DNA of 63,943 nt, the filler included, from Squatina squatina (Eukaryota): NCBI GenBank assembly GCA_031763465.1. It is 4 parts of 4 records of this genome, joined end to end, with 100 filler letters (N's around TTAATTAATTAA, not from the genome) between each part and the next. Parts side by side here need not be neighbours in the genome. Positions count along the whole stretch, not along the records: positions 46,431 to 63,943 come from JARFOE010000121.1; 3 more parts are not named here. One strand, 5' to 3'. The position numbers and the translations under genes are program-made. Numbering within the stretch: the first letter of the stretch is position 1; every line of letters starts with the position of its first letter. Shown one piece after another: positions 53,517-63,943 of this stretch. The notes beneath the pieces are model-generated. The model was not told where the DNA came from and made no database searches. It saw only the letters and a program-made list of their open reading frames with translations.

Positions 53517-53833
53517 TCAGCAGCCGCTTTGAGAATTCTGGCACCTCGGGATCTTGTGTTTCCAAAGGTAAGGCAGCTTGTTCCCGTTCACGATCAGAGT
53601 CTTCCAGTTGATCGAGCCGGCGTCGTCTCTCTTCCCGAAGCGCAGTCCAAACGGGTTGAAGTTAAATTTACTCCTGGTGAAGCGGAGTTTGCAGGAAATC
53701 TGACTCTCCAGGTCGCTCTCCTGCATGAAGTAGCACATGCTCGACTGCTCCGATGAGTTCTGGGCATCTAAATTCCGAGCCAAGACATGGGAGTTCCGGG
53801 GGAATTGAGACTCGCGGGCCGGGTACATTGAAT
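53517..53833 (-). CDS. KISS2: Kisspeptin-2 precursor, coding exon 2 (contains FNFNPFGLRF-G-KR at 53666-53628)
   Basis: cctcag| acceptor, phase 1; ...SMCYFMQESDLESQISCKLRFTRSKFNFNPFGLRFGKRDD...; lies between LDHB and GYS2. Confidence 0.96.
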
Positions 53834-55034
53834 CTGAGGCCAGGATTTAAAATATATCAGTACAATAAAACACTCCTGAATTCAAAGAGCCATTATACAT
53901 TGCACTTGCATCCAGGGCTAATTCTATATAATCCCAAAGTTGCTAGGTGACAGGCAAATAATTGCAACTACACCCCTTCACATTCGCACTGATGTATTAG
54001 AATACGAAATGTTAATACCAGAATTAAAATTAAGCTGTAGAGAAACGAAGCCAGGGTAGTTAGATTATGAAGAACCCACTGTTGAAGTACAGTTTTTCGC
54101 CCAATTAAATATTTTTAAATTCGAAATCCAAGTCGAGTCAATAAACAATAATGTTCCTGAGATGATATACTTCACTGTATTTTGCTCCTGGGCCAAAAAA
54201 GTCGAGTCAGCGAATCAACATTTGCTTCAGACCGGTATTAACAAGGATTTCAAATGGGGATATAGGAACAGGAGGAGGCCATTCAGCCCCTCGAGCCTGC
54301 TACACCATTCAATTAGATCATGACTGATCTGTACCTCAACTCCATCTACATGCCTTTGCTTTGGCTCCGTATCCCTGGAGACCCTTACCCAAAAAAAATC
54401 TATGGATCTCAGTCTTCAATTGACCCACCATCCCCAGACTTGGGGGGCGGGGGCAAGTTCCACATTTCTACTGCCCTTTGTGTGAAAAAGCCATTCATGA
54501 TTTCACTCCTGAATTGTCAGGCTCTCGTTTTAAGATTGTGCCTGTTGTCTGGATTCTGGAAGTCGCGTATATGTACTTACCCTATCGAATCATTGTTTCA
54601 TTAACACAATCGATTGAATAGGACTCTGATACCGTTTTCACCACAGGCAGAGGATGTTACAGTAACCATTCGGAACTGTTCCAACGCCAACGTTAGGGTT
54701 TGCAAAAAAACAGACACTGTAACACCATTACATGAAACAATAGCCCGTCTATACTCCACACTTACTAACCGGCGTATTACTAAATCGTCCTCGCCCAGTA
54801 ACCAGGCTTTTTTGGACTGTAAATATATCTTCAGACAGGCATTGAAGATTCAAGAATGTGTTATGTAGCTACATTCTATGACACGTGTGAATGTTGAACT
54901 CTCTTGGCGGTACGAAATAACTGTGCAAATCACAGTGCTAAGATATTACAATGCGCTATTGGATTACATTTTCCCCCCGCACTCACCCTTTATAATTTGT
55001 CAACCTTGATGTAAAAACAGGTTGCAGCACTTAC

Positions 55035-55128
55035 CCAGGGAGACCAATTTCTCACTGGAGACCGGTTTCCCCAAGAATCCATTCTGGTAATTTACTATAA
55101 CAACCACGAACAGCAGCAGCCTGGTCAT
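55035..55128 (-). CDS. KISS2: Kisspeptin-2 precursor, coding exon 1 (signal peptide); not in ORF track
   Basis: ctgcag|atacgtgacATG; MTRLLLFVVVIVNYQNGFLGKPVSSEKLVSL g|gtaagt; 94 nt, phase 1 matches exon 2, giving a 136-aa precursor. Confidence 0.9.
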
Positions 55129-55419
55129 GTCACGTATCTGCAGAGAGAGGATAAGGCACACTGAGATCTTCCCTGCTCACCAGGCAGCTGATTTCCCTAA
55201 CTCGTTGGCATTTCTAGATTGATGACAGAACACATAAAGGTAAGCTTCTCCCAATATTGAAGTGCTTCAACTAACTGATTCGTGCGACGCATTCCCTGGT
55301 TAATTGCGCTCCACATTCTAATTTGAAGATGAAGCCCATTTTAAGAGCTTCGTGTTTGGGAATAATTAGCAGTCTTCCCAAACTGTCCAACTATGGAACG
55401 AATCTATAGTTTCTCTTAC

Positions 55420-55600
55420 CTGCATCATAGCACCGACTGTTTATTAGAAGAGAGCAATGCCAGGCTCCAAGCGAAATGGAAAATAGTCCCCACACATCTA
55501 AGGAGAGGCGGACTCAGGCAGTGTGAGCGCTGTCCCCTTGAGAGAGGTGCTGAACGGGAGTTCCACACCATCAGGAGTACTCGGAGATAGTCCATCCCAG
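55420..55600 (-). other. Candidate 5' non-coding exon of KISS2
   Basis: Minus-strand donor gatgcag|gtaaga at 55420/55419 upstream of the acceptor at 55138; 5' boundary approximate. Confidence 0.5.
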
Positions 55601-56000
55601 TCACCGAGCTCAGGTCTAAAGACAAGACTGCTGTTTTGTTCCCTCTCTGTTCGGAGACTCGGTTGTGTTATCTCCCACCTTCTGGTGTGCATTTGTTTAA
55701 ATTTTACTCGCGATTTTTTTTTGAAAGCCTGAACGCGAGATTTTAAATTCTAACGTTTGTTAAGAACACTTAAAAGTGACCTTTTTTTTGCTTTGCTGGA
55801 CCCATGTGTTTTGGGAATATTATTTACATATTACAGAATGCCATCTATTGAACGGCAGGTAAACTAGATGAAGTAACAGGTATTGTCATTGAAGNNNNNN
55901 NNNNNNNNNNNNNNNNNNNNNNNNNNNNNNNNNNNNNNNNNNNNNNNNNNNNNNNNNNNNNNNNNNNNNNNNNNNNNNNNNNNNNNNNNNNNNNAAACAG

Positions 56001-56145
56001 TTCAATGTTGATAAGGAAGCGGGGGAAAGGCAGATATACCACCGCTATTGCATGGAGCGAGCCAGTACGCACTGCGCGCACGTGTTTACGACTGTCTCCG
56101 CCATCACCGCTGTCGAAGCAGAGCACATGATAAAGAGAAAACCAG
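56001..56145 (+). CDS. GYS2: Liver glycogen synthase exon; not in ORF track
   Basis: aaacag| [48 protein letters not shown] g|gcaagg, 145 bp, GC donor. Confidence 0.93.
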
Positions 56146-57329
56146 GCAAGGTTTGCATTGGCCTAAGCAAATGGCTCCGCTAGCTGTGCGTCTCAATAAA
56201 CCGACCCAGTTTCAATGATTGCTGCTGTTCATCCTGCCGCTATGGAATAAGCGGCCATCATTCACCTAACACAATCAGCTTAAAACTATAGTTTTTGTAT
56301 TCGTACTAGTCTGTTATTGTTTTACAGTTTACTAAAAGCAAAGTAGGTTACTTCTGAAATTCCTGCAAAATTTAAGAACCAACAGGAAATGTATACGTGA
56401 GTTGAGAAACACCCCCAACAGATCTTGATTTAAGGAGGTGGGGGGCGGGGGAGTGGAAGTCTGATGTACCTGCTGATTGGAGTAAATCTGTGCCCATAGG
56501 AACACCAGAAGAGAATTCCATCAACTCCAAGTACATCAGTTGCGAACCAGCGAGAAATGTTACTCCTTGAATTTCCCCTCCTCACACTAATAGATTTTCT
56601 ACCTTCACTCAGCTCCATTTCCCAAACATCAGCCGTACAGCGAGTGCTATAAGATCAGTCCTGGAATCATCAACTCTGATTGGGCACATTCCTGGAGGTT
56701 ACAACACATGACCTCCCACCATCTGCCNNNNNNNNNNNNNNNNNNNNNNNNNNNNNNNNNNNNNNNNNNNNNNNNNNNNNNNNNNNNNNNNNNNNNNNNN
56801 NNNNNNNNNNNNNNNNNNNNNNNNNNNATTATCCATAGTCTGTGATCGACAGTACATTTTAAAACTCGGGAGTGCTTTAGATGAAATTGCCCTTTTGGAC
56901 ATGTAGTACAAATGAGCAGAGTAAAGCTGGGGCACGTTGTATTGAACCATTTTACATTACAGAAACTGGCTATCTAATTTTACTTGAAGTCTGTGCTATT
57001 GTCAGACTTGCACAAGCTTCTGTTATGTAGGGGAAAACAGGGATTTGATCATGTTAACAGATAGATACTTGTACCCACCTAGAAGTGCCCTTTTAAGTGA
57101 TTTATTTGCTCTAAAGATTCTGTTCTGCAGTAAGGTTCTGTGAAACTTGTAAAAGGATATGGCCCACTACTAAGAGGTGCTTTAATGGTTTGCAAAGAAA
57201 GCAGACTAAGCTCAAGGCATAAGCTTTGGTAGCTTTGTGCCAAGTTGCACCAACCACCTAAGAATTGATTTGACCTATTCCATTTCTTTCATGATTTAAT
57301 ACTCTCCCAATTATCCTGTATATTTGCAG

Positions 57330-57408
57330 AGGGGAAACTCCAGATATGAACAAGTTCCTTGATCGCGATGACTTGACCATAATGAAAAGAGCCATCTATG
57401 CAACTCAG
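57330..57408 (+). CDS. GYS2: Liver glycogen synthase exon; not in ORF track
   Basis: ttgcag|...|gtatac, 79 bp; [26 protein letters not shown]. Confidence 0.9.
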
Positions 57409-60400
57409 GTATACTTGGGAATGCAATAATCTTTACATTTTTTTTTTAAAGTTATCCATTGGCTGTAAAGCGCTTTTAGACATCTTGAGGTCATGAAAGA
57501 TGCTATATAAATNNNNNNNNNNNNNNNNNNNNNNNNNNNNNNNNNNNNNNNNNNNNNNNNNNNNNNNNNNNNNNNNNNNNNNNNNNNNNNNNNNNNNNNN
57601 NNNNNNNNNNNNCTGACAAAATATTTTGATACAAAGAATGTTATCAAGTATTGTGTTCCTACACAGGTAACTCAGTAAAATATAAATTTAGAAATGTTTG
57701 CCTTAGGTGAACCTTATAAATATATTATACAGTATACTTCTGTAGTAGTTGTCCATCCAGTTTCTGTTATACCATGCTGTTGCTTTCTCCAACTTTATCT
57801 ACAAACTGCAAAAATAAAGGAAATCTTAATTAACCAAAATATAACCAAGAGCTGTTATTACATGAGTTTTAATATTTAAAGACTTTGATTCAGTTGTCTT
57901 ACATCAGTGACACTTAAATTACACATCCAAAACACAAACTGCTCCACTGACTATTAAAGAACCAGTTCAATTAACTCACCTCCCAAATAAGAGTCATCTC
58001 TCCATGCACTGATCTAAAGAGCAGGGCCAATATCAAAACACATCCTTGAGCCTCATTGCTATAGGAATCATTTATATTAATGAAATTCTAATTTTTGAAG
58101 GAGCAATTTGATTTTTCTACATATTATACTAGAGCTGAACTTGGCAGACGTGTGCTTGTGATAATAACTTTAGCAGTTCTTCATACTTGTGATACAAACC
58201 AGTAACAACTACAGGTGCCCTCCTTTCTACATCAAAATAATTTCAAAACCAATTAGAAGGTTTCTGATAAGAGCAAGCTTTTTTTTAAAAAAAATATAAA
58301 AGGGGTTCTTTTCTCCCTTTCACCAGCTAGGTCTCTCAATGCTATACACCATCCCTTGCAACCTGCTCCCAGCTCTAAAATCAGCTATCAGTATGGCTAG
58401 GAGCAGCCCATGGTACCACTATTACTGCTACTAAATTCCCATCCGTCAGCTCAGCAGTGATGATGGGGCCGAGCAAGTTCACTCCATTATTGTTGGTAAT
58501 GGGACAAGTAAAGAAACCGAGCAGTGGTCATGATCTGAAATTGTTGAACTGCGTTGAGTCCGGAAGGTTGTAAAGTGTCACATAGCTAACTTTTTCCAGT
58601 TCTGATGAAAGGTTATCAATCTGAAAAGTTAACTCTGTTTCACGCTCCATAGATGCTGCCTGACCTGCTAAATGTTTCCAGNNNNNNNNNNNNNNNNNNN
58701 NNNNNNNNNNNNNNNNNNNNNNNNNNNNNNNNNNNNNNNNNNNNNNNNNNNNNNNNNNNNNNNNNNNNNNNNNNNNNNNNNNNNNNNNNNNNNNNNNNNN
58801 NNNNNNNNNNNNNNNNNNNNNNNNNNNNNNNNNNNNNNNNNNNNNNNNNNNNNNNNNNNNNNNNNNNNNNNNNNNNNNNNNNNNNNNNNNNNNNNNNNNN
58901 NNNNNNNNNNNNNNNNNNNNNNNNNNNNNNNNNNNNNNNNNNNNNNNNNNNNNNNNNNNNNNNNNNNNNNNNNNNNNNNNNNNNNNNNNNNNNNNNNNNN
59001 NNNNNNNNNNNNNNNNNNNNNNNNNNNNNNNNNNNNNNNNNNNNNNNNNNNNNNNNNNNNNNNNNNNNNNNNNNNNNNNNNNNNNNNNNNNNNNNNNNNN
59101 NNNNNNNNNNNNNNNNNNNNNNNNNNNNNNNNNNNNNNNNNNNNNNNNNNNNNNNNNNNNNNNNNNNNNNNNNNNNNNNNNNNNNNNNNNNNNNNNNNNN
59201 NNNNNNNNNNNNNNNNNNNNNNNNNNNNNNNNNNNNNNNNNNNNNNNNNNNNNNNNNNNNNNNNNNNNNNNNNNNNNNNNNNNNNNNNNNNNNNNNNNNN
59301 NNNNNNNNNNNNNNNNNNNNNNNNNNNNNNNNNNNNNNNNNNNNNNNNNNNNNNNNNNNNNNNNNNNNNNNNNNNNNNNNNNNNNNNNNNNNNNNNNNNN
59401 NNNNNNNNNNNNNNNNNNNNNNNNNNNNNNNNNNNNNNNNNNNNNNNNNNNNNNNNNNNNNNNNNNNNNNNNNNNNNNNNNNNNNNNNNNNNNNNNNNNN
59501 NNNNNNNNNNNNNNNNNNNNNNNNNNNNNNNNNNNNNNNNNNNNNNNNNNNNNNNNNNNNNNNNNNNNNNNNNNNNNNNNNNNNNNNNNNNNNNNNNNNN
59601 NNNNNNNNNNNNNNNNNNNNNNNNNNNNNNNNNNNGGACACTCCTGTGCTGTGTTCATAGTATAAATAGGGCCAAATTTTATCAGTGTCGTGCACAGCTT
59701 AGGGAAAGCCATTTCACATCAGATAAAAACAATACAGACCTCCTGAGACCAACTCTCTGAAGTATGATTGGATCTGTTTTTGTTAGAACGTTAAAAATAA
59801 AACTGTTTAAGAAATTGATCCCAATAGAAGAGTCAATGAAGCATGCCACGCAGCCCAAGGAACATTAGGGTCATGGTATTTCTACCCTATAGATCAGTTC
59901 TTTAACGCACTATGGGCTAAATTTCCCCATGACCCACACCACCTTTGGGGAGTCATATGCATTAAGTGGCTTATTGGGGAATTGTGGGTGTACTGCTGGT
60001 CATTTTCCACCCATTAATTTCAATGAATGAGATATTACGGGCAGCACACCCGTGATTTTCCAATAAGCTGCTCTTTGCATGGGAGTTCCGGCCAGCAGCA
60101 CAGGGTCTGGTTCAGTGCCCCATGTACCTCTTATTAGCTTGCAGTTTTTTAAAAATTAAGTTCACAACATATCTCCATAAAAAAGGTAATGCTAAATAAG
60201 ACTGCTGTAGGCAGTAGTCTTCCCTCCAGGTTATGCAAAAAATACCATTATGAAAATGTAACAAGGTACGTACTTCATGCTCAGCCTCCTTTATGATATC
60301 GTCAGCTTTAAAGATATTTAACGGAACAATTATTAACAAGTCGCATAGTACCAGCAAATTCATTATTCAAAGCGTTAGATGGCTTGATTATGTAAACATT

Positions 60401-61304
60401 TTGTTGCAGGTTCAATTAAAAAGGCAAAAATGAACAGAACACATACCAACAGATGATCTAAATGTAAAGGAGCGGTCACTTGGTAGTTTTGAGACTTTAA
60501 ACTTGTACTCTCAGAAACTGTTATCTTAGGAGGGATATCTGACACAAGCNNNNNNNNNNNNNNNNNNNNNNNNNNNNNNNNNNNNNNNNNNNNNNNNNNN
60601 NNNNNNNNNNNNNNNNNNNNNNNNNNNNNNNNNNNNNNNNNNNNNNNNNNNNNNNNNNNNNNNNNNNNNNNNNNNNNNNNNNNNNNNNNNNNNNNNNNNN
60701 NNNNNNNNNNNNNNNNNNNNNNNNNNNNNNNNNNNNNNNNNNNNNNNNNNNNNNNNNNNNNNNNNNNNNNNNNNNNNNNNNNNNNNNNNNNNNNNNNNNN
60801 NNNNNNNNNNNNNNNNNNNNNNNNNNNNNNNNNNNNNNNNNNNNNNNNNNNNNNNNNNNNNNNNNNNNNNNNNNNNNNNNNNNNNNNNNNNNNNNACAAG
60901 GTTCAGTGCGTAAACATAATGTGGATTAAGACATAATGGTAGAACACATCCATTTTAAAACAAGTTTAACTTGAGAGTCAGACACTCTTTGACTGCACAG
61001 ATACCAGAAACTCAAATAGACTCAATGTGTTACTGATCATCCCATGGCTGGGTGTTTTGGATTATGTCAATTTGAAAGGCCACTTTAAAAAAAAAAAATG
61101 TTTGTTGGAATGGCTGATTCTTCTACTTTTACTGGTAACACTTCAACCCTCTTCAGCGCATGACTAACATAACGCACAAAGTTGGTTACTGAGTTTCCAC
61201 ATAGAGATCATTCATAACAATTTTTCCTCACACCTCATGTATGAATGAGAATTCATAAAATGCAGAATGCTGAATATCATAAAGGGAGATGAAAACATTA
61301 CAGT

Positions 61305-61639
61305 ACAAGGAAGAAGTTGCAACTATAGCAGTTTATGCCTTCAGCATGTTCCAAAGCACTTCAATCAATGAATTACATTTGAAGTGCTGTCAGCGCTGCT
61401 GTTCTGTTGACAAATGCAGCAGTCAATTGTGCACAGGAAGGTACCAGAAGCAGTAAATTAGATGAATGACCAATTATCTGTTTATGGTGATGTTGGTTGA
61501 GACAGGAGTATTTGTCAGACACCAGGAGAACTCTCAGCTTTTTCAAATAGTGCCACGGATCTTTTATGTTTGGCACAACAGGATCTCGCTTTAACTGTCC
61601 TCTGATAGGCAATAGTTCTAACAATGCAACACTCCTCCA
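61305..61639 (-). mobile_element. Degenerate Deu-domain SINE copy (inverted)
   Basis: gacaccaggagaactc...tagtgccacggatctttta is the reverse complement of the SINE core. Confidence 0.7.
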
Positions 61640-63943
61640 NNNNNNNNNNNNNNNNNNNNNNNNNNNNNNNNNNNNNNNNNNNNNNNNNNNNNNNNNNNNN
61701 NNNNNNNNNNNNNNNNNNNNNNNNNNNNNNNNNNNNNNNNNNNNNNNNNNNNNNNNNNNNNNNNNNNNNNNNNNNNNNNNNNNNNNNNNNNNNNNNNNNN
61801 NNNNNNNNNNNNNNNNNNNNNNNNNNNNNNNNNNNNNNNNNNNNNNNNNNNNNNNNNNNNNNNNNNNNNNNNNNNNNNNNNNNNNNNNNNNNNNNNNNNN
61901 NNNNNNNNNNNNNNNNNNNNNNNNNNNNNNNNNNNNNNNNNNNNNNNNNNNNNNNNNNNNNNNNNNNNNNNNNNNNNNNNNNNNNNNNNNNNNNNNNNNN
62001 NNNNNNNNNNNNNNNNNNNNNNNNNNNNNNNNNNNNNNNNNNNNNNNNNNNNNNNNNNNNNNNNNNNNNNNNNNNNNNNNNNNNNNNNNNNNNNNNNNNN
62101 NNNNNNNNNNNNNNNNNNNNNNNNNNNNNNNNNNNNNNNNNNNNNNNNNNNNNNNNNNNNNNNNNNNNNNNNNNNNNNNNNNNNNNNNNNNNNNNNNNNN
62201 NNNNNNNNNNNNNNNNNNNNNNNNNNNNNNNNNNNNNNNNNNNNNNNNNNNNNNNNNNNNNNNNNNNNNNNNNNNNNNNNNNNNNNNNNNNNNNNNNNNN
62301 NNNNNNNNNNNNNNNNNNNNNNNNNNNNNNNNNNNNNNNNNNNNNNNNNNNNNNNNNNNNNNNNNNNNNNNNNNNNNNNNNNNNNNNNNNNNNNNNNNNN
62401 NNNNNNNNNNNNNNNNNNNNNNNNNNNNNNNNNNNNNNNNNNNNNNNNNNNNNNNNNNNNNNNNNNNNNNNNNNNNNNNNNNNNNNNNNNNNNNNNNNNN
62501 NNNNNNNNNNNNNNNNNNNNNNNNNNNNNNNNNNNNNNNNNNNNNNNNNNNNNNNNNNNNNCTATCGATTGCACCGGCTTGTCATTTCCATTTTCCCCAT
62601 CAACTAATATTCTGAGCTTTAATGCATAACCATTGGAAACTAGCCCTTGGTGGGGGCCACATCTGTGACTGCGCTTGTATGTTAATCTGCCCCTGGGTAC
62701 TAGGTGATGCAGAGCAAAGGTTTGCAAACTGTAGTCTTTGAACCCAAGTGAGTCTACAAGGTCAGATTTCTGTGGTCTTCTCGATTTGCTAAATTATTAG
62801 CTTGCTATTTCTACTGCTGTACATTAAAGAAAATTCTGTAATGAAAGCACCTTTAAAAAAAAAATGGAGAGCTGTTCAGCATGTGGCTTTTTTTAAAAAT
62901 TCATTGTTCATCAAATCAAGTAAAGCACTCGCCTGATTTTTGCACTACAATCCAAATGTACAGAAAACATAAATGAACGATCATTACCTATCTTTGGCAT
63001 GTCTTCCTCATTCTTCAACTGAAGTTCATCTTCGATATTCACTGAAATTCCTCCCCCTGTCCCATCCCTGTTGCTGATTTGGAGCAATTGGCACTTTTAA
63101 AAATTTGCGCTTTTTTTTTCCATAATTCCTCATTGTGCAGCCACTGTCCAGGCAGTCTCTCTGTTCCTTGTCTGAATCTGCCCACTTTTCTGCCTTTACA
63201 TAACAGATATGTTCAATAGAGTTGTAGAAGCAAACAAGACCTATGCTCGAATTAGGGTCTACAGGTTCTCCTATTAGTCGGGGAGGGCCCACTACACTTT
63301 AAAGAGAATAAAATGAAGTTGCATTTTAGTTAAAGGTTTTTATATCCTTCACATGCCTGAAAATATGACTATTATCCAAGCAATAGTTAACACTGAACTC
63401 TGTGCACAAGTGGACGAATGGCTTATCAAAGTTAATGATGTGGATCACAATGAACTGGGCGTTACTACTGCATAAGAAATGTTCCAGATTTGTGTGTTTT
63501 TTTTGCACTTTACTTATCAACCACTCAGATGTTGCCACGGTATGCACCATTCCTCGCTTGAAAGGAAAGGGAGTGACTTATTCTCCTAGACTTTTACTGA
63601 TACCACTCAAGACAGCAAGGAAGTTAGAAAAGCAAAATTCCATTAGATTGTTCACTTATTATCTCCTCCTGAAAATATGACTCGGATCCTCAAATAAGGA
63701 TTTGCGGCCATAATTTCTTTGATGCCTTCCCGAAATAATGAAGCGCCAGCACATCATTATTCAGCGATCTCATTAATACTTTAAAGAATGCTAAATCTCC
63801 AACACTAGTCAGCTTAAGTTAAAACAAACACTTCAAGAACATTGACTGATGCATCAAACCCAACTGACTGCCACACCACCATATTATCCAAGCACTAAGC
63901 AATTCTTTTAACTATATATGGCATATCCTCCTGTAAATCAAAC

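Noticed and set aside
53517-53828. ORF-track start MYPARES as the Kiss2 N-terminus
   Set aside because: Internal Met of exon 2; it lacks a signal peptide and follows a splice acceptor, so the true start is at 55128
58528-62727. Very long ORFs (300-400 aa) in the ORF track
   Set aside because: Almost entirely X; they are artefacts of N gaps
57409-63943. Spexin (NWTPQAMLYLKGAQ), expected next to GYS2
   Set aside because: Not found by eye on either strand; may lie in gaps or outside the window

Overview
Vertebrate genomic DNA, most likely a cartilaginous fish (shark), inferred from the CR1/L2 LINE and Deu-domain SINE repeat landscape. The assembly is fragmentary (short contigs, many 100-N gaps). 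The window is an artificial concatenation of four loci joined by N-TTAATTAATTAA-N linkers (~19.3, 33.6 and 46.4 kb). Locus 1 holds the 3' exons of ATP2B2 (PMCA2), including the splice-site-C exon, three POC1A exons and an unexpected PNPLA2/3-like lipase exon. Locus 2 holds TMC5, TMC7 and COQ7 exons plus an unassigned candidate exon pair. Locus 3 holds a GDAP2 exon and TENT5C/FAM46C, whose CDS looks like a mosaic of paralogs. Locus 4 holds ABCC9 (with the SUR2A-type last exon), LDHB, GYS2 exons and a complete two-coding-exon KISS2 neuropeptide precursor on the minus strand (signal peptide; SKFNFNPFGLRF-G-KR), which the ORF track captures only partly. Gene names come from recalled protein similarity, splice signals and synteny, not from database searches.
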